In this document: in pieces, positions 7,311 to 13,008 of the stretch
Numbering within the stretch: position 1 is the first letter of the stretch
Layout: each line of letters opens with the position of its first letter
Assembly: GCA_031409335.1 (NCBI GenBank)
Contig: JANNWY010000169.1
Span: 1 to 13,008 of the forward strand
Length of the DNA stretch: 13,008 nt
Direction: 5' to 3'
Origin: Chthoniobacteraceae bacterium
GTDB taxonomy: Bacteria; Verrucomicrobiota; Verrucomicrobiia; Chthoniobacterales; Chthoniobacteraceae
The notes under the pieces: model-generated
What the model was told of the DNA's origin: nothing
The model's database searches: none
What the model saw: only the letters and a program-made list of their open reading frames with translations
Position numbers and translations under genes: made by a program

Positions 7311-10300
7311 ATGAATCCGCAGAAATTATTCATCCAATTTCCACTCGCGCTCCTTGTCACACTATCACTCGGCTCATGCGCGCACTCTCCTGACCGTCAC
7401 GCGGCGCAGCGCGATGATGCGAACGTCGATCTAGTTAGCGCACAACATCTATCAGCGCCGGGGGTCCGCACCGGAGCCAAACAGCGCAGCGGAGTGATCA
7501 CGATCGAAGGAAGGGCGCCGCAGACCGGCCAGGTCGCTAAGAAGCCAACCTCAAACGCCTCCGCTCAGGAACAATTAAGAGCAGCCGCTCCAGAGCCGCC
7601 ATCTCACGACAATCTTCAAACATTCGCGCAAAACCAACCGAACACGGCAACCATCACGATTGCCAACAAAACGGAGGAAGGAGGCAAAGCCAGCAGTTTT
7701 GAGGAGAAGCGCGGATACACCAATCCCGACGGTGCGCTGGAGTTCCGGCGCTTGCAGATGAAGGATGGGGAAGGAAAAATCCCGGCAGACGGTTTGGAAA
7801 AAGGGCGGAAACATGTGGCGCTCATGAAAGCTGCGCGAGAGGAGCGCCTGCGAGCCTTGCGAAAAAAGGGCCTGGCACCCGCGCCTGGAGCGGAAGCTGC
7901 CGGGATCGAGCCCAATTCATGGACCTGGCTGGGACCAGGTAACATCGGAGGAAGGATACGCGCCCTGGTGATTCATCCGACTGCACCGGCCAACATGTGG
8001 GTTGGGAGTGCGGGCGGCGGCATTTGGCGAACGACCAATGGCGGCACTTCATGGTTCCCTGTGGATGACTTTATGGCCAATCTCGCGGTGTGTGCGCTGG
8101 TCATTAACCCAGCCGATCCGAACGTAATGTATGCCGGGACCGGCGAAGGCTTCGGAAATGGCGATCAACTACAAGGTGCCGGCATCTTTAAGTCGATTGA
8201 CGGCGGCGTGACTTGGAGCCAGTTGGCTTCCACGACCACCTCCAATTTCTTCTACGTAAATCGGCTATCCCTTCCTTTCAATGGGAACACTATTCTTGCG
8301 GCCACGCGCACTGGCGTGTGGCGCTCGACGGATGCCGGTGCGACGTGGAGTCAAAGAACCTTCGACAATACCCTGGACGTTGATTTTCATCAGGGGCTCA
8401 CCACCCGAGCCATTGCCGGAGAGCTCGGAACCGCGCGCTACTCCACCGATGGCGGCAATTCATGGACCCAAGCCAGCTTTACCCCGCCCATCAGCAACGG
8501 CGGAACTGCCCGCAACAATGGCAGGGTTGAATTGGCATTCGCGAATCCGTTCAATTTGATCGTCTATGCCTCGGTGAACCGAACCACCGGCACGGCACCG
8601 AATACATCGAACGGTGAAGTTTATCGAAGCACGGACGGAGGGCAGACTTATATGCGGGTCAACTTCAACAATAATCTCCTGGGAGGCCAGGGTTGGTATG
8701 ACAATGCCATTTGGGTCAATCCGCAGGATTCCAACTTTGTGCTTGTGGGTGGGGTTCTTCCCTACCGCAGTATGGATGGGGGCATCACCTTCACCACGAT
8801 CGGCAATGCCTCGACCAATTTGCCCCACGCTGACCACCACATCTTCGTGGAACACCCCGACTTCAATAACACGACGAATCGAACCGTATTCTTTGGCAAC
8901 GACGGAGGCATCCACGAGATGGCGAACGTCGCGGACCCTGCGCCAGCCACCAATGGCTGGAGGGAACTGAACAACAATCTGGGGATTACCCAATTCTATA
9001 GTGCAGCAGGCAATGTTTCGAGCGGCGTGATCGTGGGGGGAACCCAGGATAACGGAACGTTGTGGTCCACCGGTCCCGAAGGGTGGAGTGAAATTTCCGG
9101 CGGCGATGGCGGTTACTCCGCCGCGGACCCGACAGATCCTAACGTCTTCTACGGGGAATACACCCACCTCACCATCCATCGTAAAACGGCGGCGGCGCCC
9201 ACGTCAGTGGATATCTTCGCCGGCATCAGTGACGCCGGCGATAAAGCGCCGAACCCCCAGACTGCAAATTTCATTGCCCCCTTCATCCTTGATACCAATG
9301 AAACCAACACCATGCTCGCGGGCGGGAGCAGCCTCTGGCGGAGTCGAAATGTGAAAGACGCCACACCGACGTGGGCGTGTATCACAAACTACAACGGTGG
9401 CCCCATGAGCTACAGTTTCACCCGTTCTTCGGCGACCAATGGAAGTGCGGTCATCACGCCGACTCTCGGCCACCGCTTTGTCGTCGGCAATCAGGTGAAT
9501 CTTTCTTTTCTCTCTGGCAACCTGTTCTCTCCAGTCAACTACACTGGCGCTTTCGTAACTTCGGCTGTCAATGGCACCACCACTTTCACAGTCGCCATCA
9601 CTGGCACTAACTTGCCCAGTAGTGGCTCTGGCACCGGGAATACTTCAACGGACAACCGCATCAGCGCCATCGCCCTCTCGCCGATCTCTTCCGCCTTGAT
9701 CCTCGTCGGACACAATGGCGGTGACATCTATCGGACGATTAACGGCCTCCTCGGAGACGCGCAAGTGCCGCCGAGTTGGACGAAGATCGATACAGCGGCC
9801 CTTCCCAATGGGCGGATGGTGACCAGGTTGGTCATTGACCCGAATCACAGCACGAATTGGTATTACGCCACGTTCGGCGGATTCGAATCAGACAATGTGT
9901 GGCGGAGCACGGACAATGGAGCGACGTGGGTGGATGTCTCAGGGTCGGGTGCGACGGGCCTGCCCAGTGTCCCGGTGCGCACGCTGGTCTATCATCCCAC
10001 CGATTCGAACTTGCTCTACGTCGGCACCGAGATCGGCATCTTCACCTCGGAGGACGCCGGGGCAACATGGGAGCCGAGCCAGGATGGGCCGGCCAACGTC
10101 TCGGTGGACGAGTTATTCTGGATGGGTGGCAATCTGATCGCTGCCACGCACGGGCGCGGCATTTATCGGGCCTCAAGCGGTATCTATGTGGACTGGAACG
10201 TGCCGCTATTCGCACCTCAGTTTGGGACCATCGACTTCCCCTTCAGGACCGTGAGGCAAGGCAAGGACAACGCGAGCCGATACCAGCCAGTCTGGATTAA

Positions 10301-10403
10301 GCCTGGCAACTACAACGAGACGCTGCCGCTAATAATCGATAACCCCAACGGCATCGAGCTGCGCGTTCTCGGCAGCGGCACCGTGACCATCGGTCCTCCG
10401 TAA
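7311..10403 (+). CDS. BNR/Asp-box repeat beta-propeller protein (sortilin/VPS10- or GH74-like fold), probable lipoprotein
   Basis: Start moved from 7275 to 7311 because of the RBS. MNPQKLFIQFPLALLVTLSLGSC has a lipobox-like LGSC. WTWLGPGNIGGRIRALVIHP. Asp-boxes TTNGGTSW, SIDGGVTW, STDAGATW, STDGGNSW, STDGGQTY, SMDGGITF, STDNGATW, SEDAGATW. GGTQDNGT, GGDGG and ATHGRGIY motifs. Substrate cannot be assigned. Confidence 0.85.
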   Translation: MNPQKLFIQFPLALLVTLSLGSCAHSPDRHAAQRDDANVDLVSAQHLSAPGVRTGAKQRSGVITIEGRAPQTGQVAKKPTSNASAQEQLRAAAPEPPSHDNLQTFAQNQPNTATITIANKTEEGGKASSFEEKRGYTNPDGALEFRRLQMKDGEGKIPADGLEKGRKHVALMKAAREERLRALRKKGLAPAPGAEAAGIEPNSWTWLGPGNIGGRIRALVIHPTAPANMWVGSAGGGIWRTTNGGTSWFPVDDFMANLAVCALVINPADPNVMYAGTGEGFGNGDQLQGAGIFKSIDGGVTWSQLASTTTSNFFYVNRLSLPFNGNTILAATRTGVWRSTDAGATWSQRTFDNTLDVDFHQGLTTRAIAGELGTARYSTDGGNSWTQASFTPPISNGGTARNNGRVELAFANPFNLIVYASVNRTTGTAPNTSNGEVYRSTDGGQTYMRVNFNNNLLGGQGWYDNAIWVNPQDSNFVLVGGVLPYRSMDGGITFTTIGNASTNLPHADHHIFVEHPDFNNTTNRTVFFGNDGGIHEMANVADPAPATNGWRELNNNLGITQFYSAAGNVSSGVIVGGTQDNGTLWSTGPEGWSEISGGDGGYSAADPTDPNVFYGEYTHLTIHRKTAAAPTSVDIFAGISDAGDKAPNPQTANFIAPFILDTNETNTMLAGGSSLWRSRNVKDATPTWACITNYNGGPMSYSFTRSSATNGSAVITPTLGHRFVVGNQVNLSFLSGNLFSPVNYTGAFVTSAVNGTTTFTVAITGTNLPSSGSGTGNTSTDNRISAIALSPISSALILVGHNGGDIYRTINGLLGDAQVPPSWTKIDTAALPNGRMVTRLVIDPNHSTNWYYATFGGFESDNVWRSTDNGATWVDVSGSGATGLPSVPVRTLVYHPTDSNLLYVGTEIGIFTSEDAGATWEPSQDGPANVSVDELFWMGGNLIAATHGRGIYRASSGIYVDWNVPLFAPQFGTIDFPFRTVRQGKDNASRYQPVWIKPGNYNETLPLIIDNPNGIELRVLGSGTVTIGPP

Positions 10404-10450
10404 CCCGGTGGGGGTCTCACGACAACAACTCCGCAACCATCGAACAACCC

Positions 10451-11383
10451 ATGAAAACGAAAACTGATCAAGCAACGTGGAATCGGCTGAATGCCGGTGC
10501 GGCTCTCCTGCTCTTTACCACCAGTGCTCTGGCTGGCCCGCGTTCCAGCGCGAATTACTCAATCATCACGGATGCAAGCGACTCCGGGGGAAGACGCGCG
10601 ACCAGCGCGAGTTATACCAATGACGGGAGCGCGGGGACCGTGGCAGGGATTTCGACCGTCGCCTCCCCTTCGGAGACGGCGAAGGCTGGTTACATCGGCC
10701 AACTTTACGAGATCGCTGGCTTTCTCGTGAGCGCGTCACCCTCGACGCTCCATGAAAGCGGGACGCGGCAGTTGGATGCCTGGCATCTGCTCGATGATGC
10801 CACTTACCTTGCGATCAATCCGACACAGGTAAGCTGGAGTGTGCTGAGCGGGCCGATCGTTTCAGTTTCCGCAAGCGGCCTCACCACGGCGGGCATCGTT
10901 TATCAGAATACCGCTGCGACTGTCCGGGGCATCCATCTTGGCAATCCAAGTTCGTTCACTCTCACCGTCCTGAATGCCACCTTCGATGACTTCGAGAGCT
11001 ATGCGGGCGATGAGATCGACGACGGCTGGCAGGTGCAATACTTCGGACTGCCTCCAAATCCCGCCGCCGCACCGCTCCTCGATCCCGATGGGGATGGGCA
11101 GGACAACCGCTTCGAGTGGATCGCGGGTTTGATCCCGACGGACGCGAACTCGGTTTTCAGGCTGAGCATCGTGGGTTCTTTCCAAGGTGCGAATCTGATC
11201 TTTAGCCCGACCGTTGCAGGGCGCGCTTATACGGTGAAGTATGGCTTCGACTTTCTCGATGTGCCGAACTGGCCGACGCTCGTGAACGGGATCGTCACGG
11301 ACATTGGAAACCAGCGGCGGGTGCTCGACCCGAATGTTTTCTTTGCGAGTCCGAAGAAGTTTTACCGGATTGAGATCGAATAG
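10451..11383 (+). CDS. Secreted hypothetical protein with acidic Ca-binding-like motifs and a verrucomicrobial-type C-terminal domain; candidate partner/anchor of the fibre protein
   Basis: Signal peptide ending TTSALA. N-domain SSANYSIITDASDSGG..TSASYTNDGSAG..AGYIGQLY. Ig-like middle (QVSWSVLSGPIVSVSASGLTTA). DEIDDGWQVQYFG...DPDGDGQDNRFEWIAGLIPTDANS. Ends ..YTVKY..W..DP..KKFYRIEIE. Confidence 0.75.
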   Translation: MKTKTDQATWNRLNAGAALLLFTTSALAGPRSSANYSIITDASDSGGRRATSASYTNDGSAGTVAGISTVASPSETAKAGYIGQLYEIAGFLVSASPSTLHESGTRQLDAWHLLDDATYLAINPTQVSWSVLSGPIVSVSASGLTTAGIVYQNTAATVRGIHLGNPSSFTLTVLNATFDDFESYAGDEIDDGWQVQYFGLPPNPAAAPLLDPDGDGQDNRFEWIAGLIPTDANSVFRLSIVGSFQGANLIFSPTVAGRAYTVKYGFDFLDVPNWPTLVNGIVTDIGNQRRVLDPNVFFASPKKFYRIEIE

Positions 11384-11406
11384 TCCTCGGAAGCTAACCG
11401 CCGCTG

Positions 11407-11689
11407 AGATTCTGGGCGTGTCACCGCAACATGATGTAGTACAGGCCGGGTATGTGGTGGATAGCCCGCGCAAGCGGGCGGAACGTAGGCGAGATTTTCA
11501 ATCTCGCTCCGTGGACGTGATTCTCACGGAAAGCGGGCGGGATTTCCGATAGCCACGTCGCCAAGCGAGATTGCAAATCTCGCCTACGTTGGCTGCTTCC
11601 CGCTCGGTGCGGCGATCCAGATTCCAGCTTCGTCCTCCCATCTACTACATCACACTGCGGTCACACCCTCGGCTAGATTCTGGGCGTGT
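11407..11689. mobile_element. Non-coding MITE-like element: 15-bp direct repeats around imperfect inverted repeats, with a REP doublet inside
   Basis: AGATTCTGGGCGTGT at 11407-11421 and 11675-11689. GTGTCACCGCAACATGATGTAGTACA (11418-11443) versus the reverse complement of 11641-11666, GTGTGACCGCAGTGTGATGTAGTAGA: 21/26 identical. No transposase in the window. Confidence 0.45.
11482..11590. repeat. REP doublet (REPIN-like), family B
   Basis: AACGTAGGCGAGATTTTCAATCTCGCT (11482-11508) and AGCGAGATTGCAAATCTCGCCTACGTT (11564-11590) form a 27-bp inverted repeat with 1 mismatch. Each arm is GTAG plus the 8-bp hairpin GCGAGATT-NNN-AATCTCGC. Confidence 0.85.
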
Positions 11690-11920
11690 GGGTGGATGGG
11701 GTCGCTCCGTCGCGCCATGGCAGCACACAGCCGAAGGCGCATCGTTTTCGAGTGGCACTTTGTGCGCGGAACGACGCCAGCGCGCAAATTTCTGGAAGGG
11801 ATTATCGCGGACGACGGAAACGATCGCCCCAGCCGCCCACGGTAATTCTGATGCGTGATGCGGTGGTGGTGGCGAACGTGGAGAGCGACGTGCATCGCAG
11901 GCTACTGACGAAATTTGGCT

Positions 11921-11970
11921 GCGGCTTCAGTCGGCCAAAACGTGGCCACGGTTTAGCCGACTGAAGTCGC
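11921..11970. repeat. REP doublet family A, copy 2 (degenerate, GTAG ends lost)
   Basis: GCGGCTTCAGTCGGC-CAAAA-CGTGGCCACG-GTTTA-GCCGACTGAAGTCGC has the same arm core, the same central palindrome and the same spacer length as 1349-1414. Confidence 0.8.
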
Positions 11971-12133
11971 GGATTGCTTTGACGCGCCCACGGCAAACCG
12001 TTTCGATTTCAATTTTGGTTTGTTATTAAGCCGGTTCGGTCGCCTTGGGTCGGAAAGATTTCCATTGCCGTCGGTCTCAACTGGACTCGCATCAGTCCGG
12101 GAATAAAGTGAAGGGCTTTCCCAATAGCCTCCC

Positions 12134-13008
12134 GTGAAATTCTTCCGACTCACTCTCTTCGTCGTCGCCGCTTTGCTCGTCGGCGTTTTTCTCCTGCGCT
12201 CCAAGCCGGAAAGTCCGCAGCCGGTCGCGCCCGCGATGGCGACGCCGGAACTGGCGGCTTCCGTCCCGGCCTGGCCGGTGGCGGCTCCGGTTGCGCGGCA
12301 GGCGGCGGGGCGTGAAGTCGGGCGGGAGACGGGGAGCGCGGCGTTGGATGCGTTTAACAAGTGGGCGGCGCGGTACGTTGCGCTGCCGGAAAACGTGCGG
12401 GCGAAACTCGTGGATGAAGGCATCGCGCTGGCTTCGGCGCGGCGGACGGAGATGCGCACGATGATCGTGAGCGATCCGCGGCGGGCGCTGGAAAATGCGG
12501 TGCCGCCGGTGGTGCGGCAGGAGTTGCCGCGCGCGGTGGCGGAGCGGCTGGAGGAGCGGGTGAATGAAGCGGCGTTTTTCGGCGTGCTGGGCGCGGTGCC
12601 GATGGAAGGCGTGGAGACGCCGGCGTATCGGCGCGAGGTGATGACGGATGACGGCGGGCGGTATCGCGCGTTTGTGTATGGCGCGAAACTGGCGCTGCAA
12701 ACGACGGAGCGCGCGAGCATCGTCGGCATCGCGGTGGATGATGTGATGGCGGTGGATGAGCGGCCTTTGCGCGTGGTGGAGCCGGGCGAGATTCCGAATC
12801 ATCCGAACAACTTGACGCGCCGCCGGACGGTGATGGCGAAGGATGCGGATGGTTTTGTGAGCGGGCGCGAATTGCGCGAGGGCGTGGGGAATGCGCGCGC
12901 GGTGATCGAGGTCTGCCCCGTTTCCGGGATCGAGTCGCCTGCGCCGCGGAATGCGGACGGTGCGTTCGATGCGGTGGCGCCGCGCCAGCCAGTGGTCGAG
13001 GCGGAGGG
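12134..13008 (+). CDS. Large exported/membrane-anchored protein, 3'-truncated by the window (absent from the ORF track because no stop is reached)
   Basis: GTG at 12134 opens a frame to the window end: MKFFRLTLFVVAALLVGVFLLRSKPESPQPVAP...FNKWAARY...EGIALASARRTEMRTMIVSDPRRALENAVPPVVRQELP...LEERV...RAFVYG...IVGIAVDDVMAVDERPLRVVEPGE. N-terminal hydrophobic helix and Pro/Ala linker. Resembles the N-terminus of large verrucomicrobial PKD/metallopeptidase-like proteins (recalled, not verifiable here). Confidence 0.8.
   Translation, partial: MKFFRLTLFVVAALLVGVFLLRSKPESPQPVAPAMATPELAASVPAWPVAAPVARQAAGREVGRETGSAALDAFNKWAARYVALPENVRAKLVDEGIALASARRTEMRTMIVSDPRRALENAVPPVVRQELPRAVAERLEERVNEAAFFGVLGAVPMEGVETPAYRREVMTDDGGRYRAFVYGAKLALQTTERASIVGIAVDDVMAVDERPLRVVEPGEIPNHPNNLTRRRTVMAKDADGFVSGRELREGVGNARAVIEVCPVSGIESPAPRNADGAFDAVAPRQPVVEAE

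Noticed and set aside
11990..12110. LacI-type operator-like GCAAACCGTTTCG, an AT-rich patch and a small GGACT/AGTCC hairpin upstream of the last gene; possible oriC
   Set aside because: Single imperfect matches with no regulator nearby and no DnaA-box cluster; too weak to call.
11384..12133. CRISPR array, tRNA, or small CDSs (11304..11552, 11571..11858, 11686..11964) in the long intergenic region
   Set aside because: The repeats are inverted pairs or only two copies with no regular spacers. No cloverleaf was seen. The small ORFs translate through REP hairpins and have no protein-like features.
11953..12802. Minus-strand ORFs 11953..12729 and 12092..12802 from the ORF track
   Set aside because: Shadows of the + strand gene starting at 12134, which has a clear N-terminal hydrophobic helix and natural composition.

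Overview
A GC-rich bacterial window with every credible gene on the + strand. The protein styles suggest a PVC-superphylum, probably Chthoniobacter-like verrucomicrobial, genome (inference). Gene order: (1) 3' part of a WD40 beta-propeller protein of the type usually fused to a Ser/Thr kinase; (2) a 1240-codon secreted beta-helix/PEP-CTERM gene interrupted by one in-frame TAG at 3892-3894; (3) a signal-peptide-bearing phage tail-fibre-like protein with a C-terminal peptidase G2-type intramolecular chaperone; (4) a lower-GC Asp-box (BNR) beta-propeller lipoprotein; (5) a small secreted protein with a verrucomicrobial-type C-terminal domain; then a 750-bp intergenic mosaic of nested repeats and (6) the 5' part of a large exported protein missing from the ORF track. 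Non-coding structure is rich. A bipartite motif ATGATACGAT-N10-AATTCGCwTGwAGGG lies upstream of genes 2 and 3 (candidate ECF-sigma promoter). Two copies of one REP-doublet hairpin bracket genes 2-5, and a second REP family sits inside a direct-repeat/inverted-repeat bounded element. Best system hypothesis: a kinase/ECF-sigma-controlled surface module built from a domesticated tail fibre plus a partner/anchor protein. All family assignments are by eye, with no searches run.
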